In this document: positions 27,181-37,009 of the stretch, piece by piece | Position numbering within the stretch: the stretch's first letter is position 1 | Layout: each line of letters begins with the position of its first letter | NCBI GenBank assembly: GCA_051962455.1 | Contig: JBQCCG010000274.1 | Span: 1,465 to 65,464, forward strand | Length of the DNA stretch: 64,000 nucleotides | Direction: 5' to 3' | DNA from: Sphingomicrobium sp. | GTDB lineage: Bacteria; Pseudomonadota; Alphaproteobacteria; Sphingomonadales; Sphingomonadaceae | Translations under genes and position numbers: made by a program | The notes under the pieces: generated by a model | What the model saw: the letters and a program-made list of their open reading frames with translations, nothing else | Told to the model about the DNA's origin: nothing | The model's database searches: none

Positions 27181-28158
27181 TTAGATCCAGCCGCGCTTCT
27201 TGAAATAGAGATACGGGCCCACGGCGCTCGCAAACATCAGCACAAGCGAGAGCGGGTAGCCGTAATGCCAGCTTAGCTCCGGCATGTAGTGGAAGTTCAT
27301 TCCGAAGATGCCGGCGATGAGCGTCGGCGGCAGGAACACGACCGCCGCCCAGGAGAATAGCTTCATCGCCGCATTCTGCTCAATGCTGATGAGCCCGAGC
27401 GACGCATCGAGCAGGAAGGTCAGGCTGTCGACCAGATAGCTCGTATGCTCAATCAATGCAGTCAGGTCGGTCGTGAGGCTCGCGAGATGATGCCGAAGCT
27501 CGGCCTGCTTCTCTTCGTGAACCAGGTTCGATCCACCGAAAAAGCTCAACATCCTCAGCGTGCTGACGGCTGAATAGCGAGTCTTCGTCAGCAACGTCTG
27601 CACGCGGCCAATGCGAGTGAGGAGCGCCGTCAGCTTCTTGACCGGAATTCGGCGCTCCTGCTGGCTCTGCGAAAAGATTTCCTGGCTCAACTCCTCCATC
27701 GAGGCGCTGACTCGCTCGATCTCGTCCGCGAGCCGGTCGATGATCGCGTCGAGCAGCCTAACCAGCGCCGTCGGACCGTCACGCACCAGATCGGGATCGC
27801 GGCGGGCGTGATTCTCGAACGTCCGGACCGGCTTAGGAGTCGCATAGCGGATCGTGACGAGGCGGTTTCCGGCGAGCACGAACCCAATCGGCGTGGTCGT
27901 CGGCAGATGTTCGTCGACGCCGCGCAAAGCGCTGACGGTCATGTAGAGCGCGCCCTTCTTCTCATAGAGGCGGCTCGACGGCTCGATCTCGGACATTTCC
28001 GCCCGCGTCGGCACATCAACCTCGATGCAGCGCTCGACCAGCTTCTCTTCCTCGGGAGTGGGTTCCTCCAGATCGATCCAGGTCGCTTCATCTGGAATCT
28101 TCTCCAGCTTCGGATCGACAATGCTCCCGTCGCAGCCGGGGCCGTAGGTGCGCAGCAT
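27181..28158 (-). CDS. corA: CorA family Mg/Co transporter
   Basis: WIDLEEPT, EIEPSSRLY, PPTLIAGIFGMNF (GMN signature) and two C-terminal TM helices. Confidence 0.93.
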   Translation of the reverse strand: MLRTYGPGCDGSIVDPKLEKIPDEATWIDLEEPTPEEEKLVERCIEVDVPTRAEMSEIEPSSRLYEKKGALYMTVSALRGVDEHLPTTTPIGFVLAGNRLVTIRYATPKPVRTFENHARRDPDLVRDGPTALVRLLDAIIDRLADEIERVSASMEELSQEIFSQSQQERRIPVKKLTALLTRIGRVQTLLTKTRYSAVSTLRMLSFFGGSNLVHEEKQAELRHHLASLTTDLTALIEHTSYLVDSLTFLLDASLGLISIEQNAAMKLFSWAAVVFLPPTLIAGIFGMNFHYMPELSWHYGYPLSLVLMFASAVGPYLYFKKRGWI

Positions 28159-28222
28159 GGCCGCTCTGTCGGCTGAACGGCATTGGTTTGCAAGGCGAGC
28201 AACTCTGCTAAGTTCGGAGGCA

Positions 28223-28777
28223 ATGCCGCGGCGCGCATGGCTCATTGCTCTCGTCATCGTTGCGGTCGCGGCGACGATCGAGCTGTCGTTCGGACGACAT
28301 CCGATCTGTACCTGCGGAACCGTCGAGCTGTGGGTCGGGGCGCGCGACAGTCCGAAGACCAGCCAAATGCTGCTCGACTGGTACAGCCTCAGTCATATCG
28401 TCCACGGATTGCTCTTTTATGCTGTGCTGTGGCTCATCGCGCGACGGTGGCCCATCCATCGCCGCTTCCTGGCGGCGCTATTGGTGGAGGCGAGCTGGGA
28501 AGTGATCGAGAACACGCCGTTCGTCATCAACCGCTATCGCGAAACGACGGCGGCGCTGGGCTACAGCGGCGACAGCATCCTCAACTCGATGTCGGATATC
28601 CTCATGATGGCGCTCGGATTCCTGCTCGCGCGCAAGCTGCCCGTCTGGGCAGCGGTCCTGCTGGTCATTGCCCTGGAACTTATCCCGTTGTTTGTCATTC
28701 GCGACAATCTCACGCTCAATATTTGGCAGTTGATCGCACCGAGCAAGGCGCTGGAAGCGTGGCAGGCGGCAGGGTAG
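28223..28777 (+). CDS. DUF2585 family membrane protein
   Basis: ICTCG, SQMLLDWYSLSHIVHG, WEVIENTP, GYSGDSILNS and IRDNLTLN. Confidence 0.85.
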   Translation: MPRRAWLIALVIVAVAATIELSFGRHPICTCGTVELWVGARDSPKTSQMLLDWYSLSHIVHGLLFYAVLWLIARRWPIHRRFLAALLVEASWEVIENTPFVINRYRETTAALGYSGDSILNSMSDILMMALGFLLARKLPVWAAVLLVIALELIPLFVIRDNLTLNIWQLIAPSKALEAWQAAG

Positions 28778-28824
28778 GGCGCCAATCGACAAGCGTATGT
28801 TGCGCCACCGACACTTCGAGGGAG

Positions 28825-29361
28825 ATGCAGTTGAGATTGGTTGCAATGTTGGCCGCCGCTCTTACTGCGGCGGTGATCCCCTCGGCGGCCGAGGCCGGTG
28901 AATTGTTCGGCGGCGTCTTTGTCCACGACGTCAAGACTCCGCTCGACAAGTCGGGAATCGAGAGCGGGATCGACTTCTCCGTCGGCTATCGCGGCGGCGC
29001 AATCGCGCATCTCTTCAGCGGCGTTCTTCAGCCCTATCTGTTCGGCGCTGTGAATAGTGCCGGCGACACGGACTACGCCGCCGCGGGCATCGCCGTGAAG
29101 TTCCCGCTCGGCCGCAAGTGGTACATCCGCCCGGGATTCGGCCTGGCGATTCACGATGGCTCGGCGGCAAAATATTATCGAAGCGACAAGATCGCGTTCG
29201 GCAGCCGGGTGCTATTCGAGCCGGAGCTCGGAATCGGTACCCGGCTCAATCGCAGGCTCAGCCTGGAGGCGAGCTGGATCCACATGAGCCACGCGCAGGT
29301 ATTCGGGAAGGAGAATCCCGGAATGGACAATATCGGAATGCGGCTCAACCTGGCGCTTTAA
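28825..29361 (+). CDS. Acyloxyacyl hydrolase / PagL-like outer-membrane beta-barrel protein
   Basis: Signal peptide, [12 protein letters not shown], and C-terminal WIHMSHAQ...NPGMD (H-x-S-x-A motif). Confidence 0.75.
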   Translation: MQLRLVAMLAAALTAAVIPSAAEAGELFGGVFVHDVKTPLDKSGIESGIDFSVGYRGGAIAHLFSGVLQPYLFGAVNSAGDTDYAAAGIAVKFPLGRKWYIRPGFGLAIHDGSAAKYYRSDKIAFGSRVLFEPELGIGTRLNRRLSLEASWIHMSHAQVFGKENPGMDNIGMRLNLAL

Positions 29362-30755
29362 CGGCCGATCATTGTTTCGGGCTTGACGACTCGATCGAAG
29401 GTCGCCTCGTCGACGAGCCCGAGCTCCAGCCCCGCCTCCTTCAGAGTCAGCCCATTCTTGTGGGCGTGCTTGGCGATCGCGGCGGCATTGTCGTAGCCGA
29501 TCTCTGGCGCGAGCGCGGTCACCAGCATCAGCGAGCGATTCATCAGCTCCGCGATCCGTTTCTCATCGGGCTCGATGCCATCCAGCATCCGCGTCGTGAA
29601 ACTCTCGATTCCGGTCGACAGCAAGTTGATCGAGCGCATCACATTGGCGCCGATCACCGGCTTGAACACATTCAATTCCAGGTGGCCCTGCATTCCGCCG
29701 ATCGTCACTGCGACGTTATTGCCGGCGACCTGGGCGGCGACCATCGTCAGCATCTCGGCCTGAGTCGGATTGACCTTGCCCGGCATGATCGAGCTGCCGG
29801 GTTCATTCTCCGGAAGCTTCAATTCGCCGAGCCCGCAGCGGGGGCCCGAGCCCAACAGCCGGATGTCATTGGCGATCTTTGTGCAGGCAGTCGCGATCAC
29901 ATTGAGCTCGCCCGACAGCTCAACCAATGTGTCGTGGGCCGCCAGCTCGGCGAACTTGTTCGGCGCCGAGGTGAAGGGCAGCTGCGTCAGCTTGGAGACT
30001 TCCTTCGCGAATTCTTCGGCGAACCCCTTCGGCGCGTTGAGGCCGGTACCGACGGCGGTGCCGCCTTGGGCGAGCTGATAGAGGCGCGGAAGCACGCCCT
30101 CCACCCGGTCGATGCATGCCTGGACCTGGGCGGCATAGCCGGAGAATTCCTGCCCCAGCGTCAGCGGCGTTGCGTCCTGGAGATGCGTGCGGCCGATCTT
30201 GACGATCGAATCCCAGCGCTTCGCCTGGTCGGCGAGCCGCGCGTGCATCGTTTTGAGCGAGGGGATCAGCTTCATCTGCACCGCTCGCGCGGCGGCGATG
30301 TGCATTGCGGTCGGAAAGCTGTCGTTCGACGACTGGCTCTTGTTAACGTGATCGTTCGGATGGACCGGCTCCTTGCCGCCCCGTTTCCCGGTCAGGATCT
30401 CGTTGGCGCGGCCGGCGATCACCTCGTTTGCGTTCATGTTCGACTGGGTTCCCGAGCCGGTCTGCCAAATGACCAACGGGAATTGACTGTCGAGATCGCC
30501 CCGAGCGACTTCGCCTGCCGCCTGCTGGATCACTTCGGCGATGTTCGGATCGAGGCCGCCGATGCGGGCATTCACCCGCGCTGCCGCCTGTTTGATGAAG
30601 CCCAGTGCATGGACGATCTCGAGCGGCATCTGCTCCTTGGGTCCGAACGGGAAATTCTCGATCGACCGCTCGGTCTGCGCGCCCCAATAAGCGTCGGCCG
30701 GGACCTCGATCGGTCCGAAGCTGTCGGTTTCGGTGCGGGTCGCTGTGCCGGACAT
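29358..30755 (-). CDS. fumC: Class II fumarate hydratase
   Basis: [35 protein letters not shown] and [11 protein letters not shown]. Confidence 0.96.
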   Translation of the reverse strand: MSGTATRTETDSFGPIEVPADAYWGAQTERSIENFPFGPKEQMPLEIVHALGFIKQAAARVNARIGGLDPNIAEVIQQAAGEVARGDLDSQFPLVIWQTGSGTQSNMNANEVIAGRANEILTGKRGGKEPVHPNDHVNKSQSSNDSFPTAMHIAAARAVQMKLIPSLKTMHARLADQAKRWDSIVKIGRTHLQDATPLTLGQEFSGYAAQVQACIDRVEGVLPRLYQLAQGGTAVGTGLNAPKGFAEEFAKEVSKLTQLPFTSAPNKFAELAAHDTLVELSGELNVIATACTKIANDIRLLGSGPRCGLGELKLPENEPGSSIMPGKVNPTQAEMLTMVAAQVAGNNVAVTIGGMQGHLELNVFKPVIGANVMRSINLLSTGIESFTTRMLDGIEPDEKRIAELMNRSLMLVTALAPEIGYDNAAAIAKHAHKNGLTLKEAGLELGLVDEATFDRVVKPETMIGR

Positions 30756-30766
30756 GATTCCTCTTC

Positions 30767-30849
30767 CGTCATGCTGAACTCGTTTCAGCATCCATTCGTT
30801 GTCCGGCGCACTGCTCGAAAATGGGCCCTGAAACAAGTTCAGGGCGACG
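30767..30849. repeat. CGTC-tagged palindromic REP-like element between fumC and sspB
   Basis: CGTCATGCTGAACTCGTTTCAG (30767-30788) is an imperfect inverted copy of CTGAAACAAGTTCAGGGCGACG (30828-30849). The element starts CGTC and ends GACG, and each arm has an internal hairpin. Confidence 0.8.
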
Positions 30850-30851
30850 CT

Positions 30852-31343
30852 TCACTTCTTCCGCGTGAAGTCGACGCTGACGACGTTGGATCCGTCTTCC
30901 TTCTTCTCGCCTTGAGCCGCTTGCGGACGGTCGTTTCCGGCTTTCTCATGTTCCTCAGGCAGCGGCTCATCCGCATTGGCCTGGAACGTCAAAGCGAACT
31001 CGACCGCGGGATCGTGGAACTGTGTGACGGCGCCGAACGGCACGTGGAGAGTCGCTGGAACCCCGCCGAAGGACAGCCCCACCGTGAAGCTATCGTCCTC
31101 GACCTTGAGGTCCCAGAAGCGATGCTGGATGACGATCGTCATCTCGTCGGGGAAGCGTTCGAGCAGGTGCTTCGGGATCGAAACGCCCGGCGCGCGAGTC
31201 TTGAATGTGATGTAGAAATGGTGCTCGCCCGGCAGAGCTCCCGAAGCTTCGACCTCCCCGAGCACCCGACCCACGACCGCGCGCAGCGCATCCTGCACGA
31301 TCTCGTCGTACGGGATCAGACTCTCGGGGGTCTCGTCGGTCAT
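30852..31343 (-). CDS. sspB: SspB family ClpXP adaptor (alphaproteobacterial type)
   Basis: YDEIVQDALR, HHFYITFKT, FPDEMTIVIQHRF, LSFGG and C-terminal VVSVDFTRKK. Confidence 0.92.
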   Translation of the reverse strand: MTDETPESLIPYDEIVQDALRAVVGRVLGEVEASGALPGEHHFYITFKTRAPGVSIPKHLLERFPDEMTIVIQHRFWDLKVEDDSFTVGLSFGGVPATLHVPFGAVTQFHDPAVEFALTFQANADEPLPEEHEKAGNDRPQAAQGEKKEDGSNVVSVDFTRKK

Positions 31344-31402
31344 GCCTTTGTGGTAGCGGGCCAACGAGCACGGTCAACCGGATTAATGTGCGGAGTCGTG
31401 AA

Positions 31403-31780
31403 ATGCCCATCGACGCCACTCAAGCCTATGACGAAAATAACATTTTCGCCCGTATCCTTCGCGACGAGATCCCGTCGAAGCGGGTTTATGAGGACGAGTT
31501 CGCGCTTGCATTCCACGACATCAACCCGCTGTCGCCGACCCACATATTGGTCATTCCCAAGGGACCGTACGTCTCGTGGGATGACTTCTCGGCAAAGGCT
31601 TCGGATGGCGAAATCGCGGGCTTCGTCCGTGCTGTCGGCAAGGTCGCTCGCGATGCGGGGCTGGTTGAGGACGGGTATCGGCTGCTCGCCAATACGGGCC
31701 TGAACTCCGGCCAGGAGGTGCCGCACCTCCATGTGCACATCTTCGCCGGCCGGCCGCTCGGACCGATGCTGGCGCGCTGA
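31403..31780 (+). CDS. Histidine triad (HIT) nucleotide-binding protein
   Basis: YDENNIFARIL, AFHDINP and GQEVPHLHVHI. Confidence 0.93.
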   Translation: MPIDATQAYDENNIFARILRDEIPSKRVYEDEFALAFHDINPLSPTHILVIPKGPYVSWDDFSAKASDGEIAGFVRAVGKVARDAGLVEDGYRLLANTGLNSGQEVPHLHVHIFAGRPLGPMLAR

Positions 31781-31881
31781 GTGGTTCAGCGGAGAGCCAC
31801 ATTCGCCAGTCGAAAGTGGATTGCCCTCGGCACGGCATCCGTTAGGGTCGCGCACAAATTCGAATTCCGGAGGGGAATGAA

Positions 31882-33525
31882 ATGGCCACTATAGCACCGC
31901 GCGCGCCGCGCCGCGGCAGGATCAAGCCACTCGACGAGATACTCGCGACGGCCGAAAAGAAGTCGCTCAAGCGCTCGCTCGGCGCTTTCCAGCTAACCCT
32001 GCTGGGGATCGGTGCGGTCATCGGCACCGGAATTTTCGTCCTGACAGCGACCGCAGCGCAAAAGGCTGGCCCCGGGATGATGGTCAGCTTCATGGTCGCC
32101 GGCGCGGTCTGCGCCGTGGCCGCGCTCTGCTATTCCGAGCTCGCGTCGATGGTGCCGGTTGCGGGCTCCGCCTACACTTACTCCTACGCCGTGATGGGCG
32201 AGATCGTCGCCTGGCTGGTCGGCTGGGCGCTGATCCTCGAATATGCGCTTGGCGCGAGCGCGGTCGCGGTCGGCTGGTCCGGTTTCATCACCGGTCTGCT
32301 GAACTCCATCGGGATACACGTGCCTCACGCATTGGCGGTCGGTCCGCCGATCCAATGGGGCTTCCTCCAGGGCGGCGAAGTCGGTGGCCTGATCAACCTG
32401 CCCGCCGTGCTGGTGGTGGCATTCGTCACGGCCCTGCTCGTCATCGGCACCAAGGAAAGCGCGACGTTCAACGCCATCCTGGTGCTCATCAAGGTCTCCG
32501 CGTTGACACTGTTCCTGGTCATCACCTTGCCGATGGTCAGCGGCCACATGAGTAACTTCCAACCCTTCGCACCACGTGGCTGGGGTAATCCTCTGAGCTC
32601 GTCAGGCACGGGTATATTGGGCGCCGCCGCGTCGATCTTCTTCGCCTATGTCGGCTTCGACGCGGTCTCGACCGCGGCCGAGGAAACGCGAAACCCGCAG
32701 CGCAATGTTCCGATCGGCCTGATCGGATCGCTGCTCATCTGCACGGTGTTCTACCTGCTCGTCTCGGCCGGCGTGGTCGGAGCTTATGGCGCGCAGCCGC
32801 TGCTCGATCCGGCAACAGGGATTCCGTTCAAGGAAGGCTCGCCGGAGCTTTATGCCGCCGCTGCCTGCCACGCCGCGAACGCCCCGACCGTATGTTCGAA
32901 GGAAGCGCTCGCTCACATTCTGCGCGAGGTGTCGAACCCGCTGTTCGGTAACCTGGTCGGCCTCGCGGCAGCCATTGCGCTGCCCTCGGTCGTGCTGCTG
33001 ATGATGTATGGCCAGACGCGAATCTTCTTCGTCATGGCGCGCGACGGACTGCTTCCCGAGCGCTTGTCGACCGTCCATCAGCGCTTTCGGACGCCGTATG
33101 TCGTGACGATCGTGACGGGTGTCGTGGTGGCAATCGCCGCCGCCTTCCTCCCGGTCGGCACGCTGGCGGATTACTCCAATGCCGGAACGCTCTTCGCCTT
33201 CGCCGCAGTATCGCTGGGCGTCATGATCCTGCGCAAGAAGGACCCGAACCGGCCGCGTCCGTTCCGCACCCCGGCGCTGTTCATCGTAGCCCCGCTGTCG
33301 ATCGCTGGCTGCGTGCTGCTGTTCATCAATTTGAACAATGAATCGAAGCTGCTGTTCGTCACCTGGACGGTAATCGGGCTCATCTTCTACTTCCTCTACG
33401 GCTATCGCCACAGCAACGTCGCTCGCGGCATCGTCGAGGTTCCGGAGGTCGCACCCGAAGCGCCAGGTTCGATCGGCATTGCGCCGATGCCGGGTGCGCC
33501 GGTTCCCCCGAAGGATCTGGGCTAA
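31882..33525 (+). CDS. APC-family amino acid permease (cationic amino acid transporter-like)
   Basis: GIGAVIGTGIF, CYSELAS, GSAYTYSY, FFAYVGFDAVST, RIFFVMARDGLLP and many TM segments. Confidence 0.93.
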   Translation: MATIAPRAPRRGRIKPLDEILATAEKKSLKRSLGAFQLTLLGIGAVIGTGIFVLTATAAQKAGPGMMVSFMVAGAVCAVAALCYSELASMVPVAGSAYTYSYAVMGEIVAWLVGWALILEYALGASAVAVGWSGFITGLLNSIGIHVPHALAVGPPIQWGFLQGGEVGGLINLPAVLVVAFVTALLVIGTKESATFNAILVLIKVSALTLFLVITLPMVSGHMSNFQPFAPRGWGNPLSSSGTGILGAAASIFFAYVGFDAVSTAAEETRNPQRNVPIGLIGSLLICTVFYLLVSAGVVGAYGAQPLLDPATGIPFKEGSPELYAAAACHAANAPTVCSKEALAHILREVSNPLFGNLVGLAAAIALPSVVLLMMYGQTRIFFVMARDGLLPERLSTVHQRFRTPYVVTIVTGVVVAIAAAFLPVGTLADYSNAGTLFAFAAVSLGVMILRKKDPNRPRPFRTPALFIVAPLSIAGCVLLFINLNNESKLLFVTWTVIGLIFYFLYGYRHSNVARGIVEVPEVAPEAPGSIGIAPMPGAPVPPKDLG

Positions 33526-34517
33526 GGCAACAGCTCGCCGGCGAGCGCCCTGAGGTCCTTCTCGGGGCGCGCGCCATAGTGCTGGATGACCTCGGCTGCC
33601 GCGATCGCGCCCAGGCGGAGCGATTCCTCGAGGCTTTTGCCTCGCGCAGTTCCAAGCAGGAACCCGGCGGCGAAGAGGTCACCGGCGCCGGTGGTATCGA
33701 CCAGCGAGTCGATCGGCTCCGCTGGAACATAGGCGCGCTCGCCGTTGCGAATCGCCAAGGCCCCGTCCTCGCTTCGGGTGACGACCAGTGTTTCGACCCT
33801 GGGCGCCACCTCCGCAACGGCGGTCTCGAGGTGGGCGACTCCGGCAAGCGCCTCGATCTCCGCCTGGTTGGCGAAGAGAATGTCGATCCGGCGATCGTCG
33901 AGCAGCTGACTGAATCCGCTCCGATGGCGGTCGACGCAGAATGTGTCGGAGAGGGTGAACGCCACCTTCCGCCCGGCCGCACGGGCGACCTCAATCGCTC
34001 GGACCATCGCATAGCGGGGGGTCTCGGGATCCCACAGATAGCCCTCGAGATAGAGGATCGCGCTGTCGCGGATTTGCTCCTCGTCGAGCGCGGTCGCCGG
34101 CAGGTGCTGCGCCGCTCCCAGGAATGTGTTCATCGTCCGGTGCCCATCGGGAGTCACCAGGATCATCGAACGAGCGGTCGGCTGGCCCACGTCCGCAGCC
34201 GGGGTAATGAACTCGACTCCCGCGTTCGTGAGGTCGTGCCGATAGAAAGCGCCCAGCTGGTCGGGCGCGACCTGGCCGATGAACCCTGCGCGGCCGCCCA
34301 GAGCCGCGACGCCGGCAGCCGTATTCCCTGCCGAACCTCCGCTCACCTGATGCGCCGGGCCCATGTGAGCGTAGAGCCGCTGCGCCTCTTCGGCATCGAT
34401 CAGCCGCATCGAGCCCTTGCTCAGGCCCTCTGCACTCAGAAACTCGTCTGTAGCATTGGCGATCACGTCGACGATGGCATTGCCGATGCACAGGACATCG
34501 AGGCGCGGGTCGGGCAT
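33522..34517 (-). CDS. PfkB-family adenosine kinase-like carbohydrate kinase
   Basis: IGNAIVDV, SGGSAGNT, RTMNTFLGA, LYLEGYLWD and DTTGAGDLFAAGF. Confidence 0.9.
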   Translation of the reverse strand: MPDPRLDVLCIGNAIVDVIANATDEFLSAEGLSKGSMRLIDAEEAQRLYAHMGPAHQVSGGSAGNTAAGVAALGGRAGFIGQVAPDQLGAFYRHDLTNAGVEFITPAADVGQPTARSMILVTPDGHRTMNTFLGAAQHLPATALDEEQIRDSAILYLEGYLWDPETPRYAMVRAIEVARAAGRKVAFTLSDTFCVDRHRSGFSQLLDDRRIDILFANQAEIEALAGVAHLETAVAEVAPRVETLVVTRSEDGALAIRNGERAYVPAEPIDSLVDTTGAGDLFAAGFLLGTARGKSLEESLRLGAIAAAEVIQHYGARPEKDLRALAGELLP

Positions 34518-34609
34518 CCGGGTCTCCAACGGGGGAAAGCGCGCGCCTAGCCGCCTGTTCAGCGCGCCGCAACATTGCCTCCGCGACGAACCCAATGCAT
34601 CGTCCGCTC

Positions 34610-34960
34610 ATGCGCCGCCTCATCGCCCTTTCGCTCACGCTCGCCGTCGCCGCCTGCGCGCCCCGCCCGCAGCAGGCGCCCGCTCCCGAACCCGCTCCCC
34701 AGCCGCAAGAGGCGGGCAGCCTCGTCGGCCTGACTCCGCAGGAGCTCGTCGGACGCTTCGGCCGACCGGCGCTGCAGATCCACGAAGGCAGCAGCCTCAA
34801 GCTCCAGTTTCGCGGCAGCCGCTGCGTGCTCGATGCTTATCTGTATCCGTCCGGCAGCCCGAACACGCTCAAGGTCACGCATGTCGATACGCGCCTCCGA
34901 TCGGGCGGCGATGTCGGTCAGACGACTTGCGTCGCCTGGCTCGCGCAGGAAGCGAGCTGA
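34610..34960 (+). CDS. Hypothetical lipoprotein
   Basis: Signal with lipobox MRRLIALSLTLAVAA-C, a Pro-rich linker and CVLDAYLY. Confidence 0.7.
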   Translation: MRRLIALSLTLAVAACAPRPQQAPAPEPAPQPQEAGSLVGLTPQELVGRFGRPALQIHEGSSLKLQFRGSRCVLDAYLYPSGSPNTLKVTHVDTRLRSGGDVGQTTCVAWLAQEAS

Positions 34961-35994
34961 TCCATCGCCCAGCGCGCGGTTTCGGCGATCGCCGGCTCGG
35001 GATCGTCGAGGTGCGGTCTGATCGATTTTAGCAGTGCCGGGTCCGCGCTATTGCCCGCGGCGATCAGGCAGTTGCGGATCATGCGCTTCACGCCGATCCG
35101 CTTGATCGGCGAGCCGGCGAACATCTCTCGGAAGGCCGCGTCGTCGAGCGCCAATAGATCGGCGAGCTTTGGTGCCGCGAGCTCCGCGCGCGGCAAGAAC
35201 GCACGGTTTGCGGCCGCGGCATCGGCGAAGCGGTTCCACGGACAAACCGCCAGGCAATCGTCGCAGCCGTAGATGCGGTTACCCATCATCGGCCGGAGCT
35301 CGACCGGGATCGCACCCTCATGCTCGATCGTGAGATAGGAGATGCAGCGCCGCGCATCGATCCGGTGCGGTCCCATGAATGCCTGAGTTGGACAGGAGTC
35401 GAGGCATCGCGTGCACGATCCGCAATGCTGACCCTGATCGGCGGGAACATCGGGCTCCAGCTCGAGGCTGGTCAGGATCACGCCCAGGAACAGCCAGCTG
35501 CCATGCTCGCGGCTGATCAGGTTCGTGTGCTTGCCTTGCCAGCCGATCCCCGCCGCCTGCGCCAGCGGCTTCTCCATCACCGGCGCAGTGTCGACGAACA
35601 CCTTCAGCTCGGACGGCGCCTGGTCGATGATGAACCGGGCGAGGGCCTTGAGCGCCTTCTTGACCGTCTTGTGATAGTCGCCGCCCTGCGCATAGACCGA
35701 GATGCGCCCGACCTCCGCGTTCTCGGCCAGCGCGAGCGGGTCTGAAGCCGGCGCATAGCTCATTCCCAGCGCGATCGCCGACTTCGCATCCGGCCACAAC
35801 GCCAGCGGAGACACGCGGTGATGCGCCCGCGCCTCCATCCACCCCATCGTTCCGTGATGCCCGGCTTCGAGCCATTTCTTAAGCAGGAGTCCGGCCGAAT
35901 CGGCGGCGTCGGCGCGTGTGAAGCCGCACGCGGCGAAACCCAGCCCTTTCGCTTCCGTTCTTATTGCTTCCTCAAGGCTTTGGCCCTTATGCAC
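34918..35994 (-). CDS. queG: Epoxyqueuosine reductase
   Basis: YAQGGDYH, FVDTAPVMEK, GWQGKHTNL, CGSCTRCLDSCPT, CISYLTIE and IYGCDDCLAVCPWN. Confidence 0.95.
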   Translation of the reverse strand: MHKGQSLEEAIRTEAKGLGFAACGFTRADAADSAGLLLKKWLEAGHHGTMGWMEARAHHRVSPLALWPDAKSAIALGMSYAPASDPLALAENAEVGRISVYAQGGDYHKTVKKALKALARFIIDQAPSELKVFVDTAPVMEKPLAQAAGIGWQGKHTNLISREHGSWLFLGVILTSLELEPDVPADQGQHCGSCTRCLDSCPTQAFMGPHRIDARRCISYLTIEHEGAIPVELRPMMGNRIYGCDDCLAVCPWNRFADAAAANRAFLPRAELAAPKLADLLALDDAAFREMFAGSPIKRIGVKRMIRNCLIAAGNSADPALLKSIRPHLDDPEPAIAETARWAMDQLASCASQATQVV

Positions 35995-35998
35995 GGGC

Positions 35999-37009
35999 GT
36001 GCACTTACCCGTTCGCCCTGAGCCTGTCGAAGGGCTGCCTTTGAATTCTTTAGGAAAAACAGTGCTTCGACATGCTCAGCACGAGCGGTTTGCAGTGGAA
36101 GCCACCGATCTCGTCAAGGATTTCGGCGAGACCCGCGCGGTCGACCGGGTCAGCCTTCGGGTTCCGACCGGCTCCATCTACGGACTCCTCGGACCCAATG
36201 GAGCGGGCAAGACGACAACCCTGCGAATGCTGCTCGGGATCATCGATCCGTCGAGCGGCACGCGCCTCGTGCTCGGCCGCGACCGGCCGCTCGATGCCGC
36301 GCCGGAGATCGGCTATTTACCCGAAGAGCGCGGGCTCTATCCCGCCATGCACGCGCGGGAAGCGATCGCCTTCATGGGCGCTCTCCGCGGGCTGCCCCTC
36401 GCCGAGGGGCGGCGACGCGCCGATGCGCTGCTCGCCGAGCATAATCTTTCCGACTGGGGCAAGAAGCCGATCCGGACACTCTCGAAGGGCATGGCGCAAA
36501 TCGTCCAGCTCCTCGGGACGATCATCCACAAGCCGAGGCTGATCGTTCTCGACGAACCCTTCGCCGGGCTCGACGCGATCAACCAGGGGCGGCTCGAAGA
36601 GCTGATCCGGCGAGAGACGCGCGCCGGAGTGACGGTGATCTTTTCGACCCACGTCATCGCCCATGCCGAGCGGCTGTGCGAGGAGATCGCGATCATCGCG
36701 AAAGGCAAGGTCGTGTTCGACGGCCGGGTCGATGAGGCGCGCTCCCGCCTTCGGCCGATCGTTCGAGTGCGGACTCGGGCGAGCGACGGTCCCTGGCGTT
36801 CCGCGATCCCGTCAGCTGCGCGGCGCGAGGGCGATGAATGGGTGTTCGAGCTTCCGGAAGGTGGGCCCGAGCCTTTGCTGAAAGCGCTGATCGACGGCGG
36901 AGCGGGAATCGTGACGCTGGCGATCGAGCGTCCCGGGCTGCACGACGCGTTCGTGGCGATAGCGGGAGACAAAGCGGCTGCTGAAATGACGCAGGAGAAG
37001 GTGCAATGA
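35999..37009 (+). CDS. ABC transporter ATP-binding protein; start uncertain (GTG 35999 or GTG 36095)
   Basis: Walker A GPNGAGKT, signature LSKGM, Walker B IVLDEP and FSTH. Confidence 0.9.
   Translation: MHLPVRPEPVEGLPLNSLGKTVLRHAQHERFAVEATDLVKDFGETRAVDRVSLRVPTGSIYGLLGPNGAGKTTTLRMLLGIIDPSSGTRLVLGRDRPLDAAPEIGYLPEERGLYPAMHAREAIAFMGALRGLPLAEGRRRADALLAEHNLSDWGKKPIRTLSKGMAQIVQLLGTIIHKPRLIVLDEPFAGLDAINQGRLEELIRRETRAGVTVIFSTHVIAHAERLCEEIAIIAKGKVVFDGRVDEARSRLRPIVRVRTRASDGPWRSAIPSAARREGDEWVFELPEGGPEPLLKALIDGGAGIVTLAIERPGLHDAFVAIAGDKAAAEMTQEKVQ
36009..36088. repeat. Palindromic REP-like element between or inside the 5' ends of queG and the ABC ATPase
   Basis: CCGTTCGCCCTGAGCCTGTCGAAG (36009-36032) is an imperfect inverted copy of CTTCGACATGCTCAGCACGAGCGG (36065-36088). 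It shares CTTCGA and CTCAGnAnGAGCGG with the 13967 element. Confidence 0.8.

Noticed and set aside
29118-31703. 861-aa plus-strand ORF
   Set aside because: It is an antisense shadow of fumC and sspB in high-GC DNA with no recognisable motifs.
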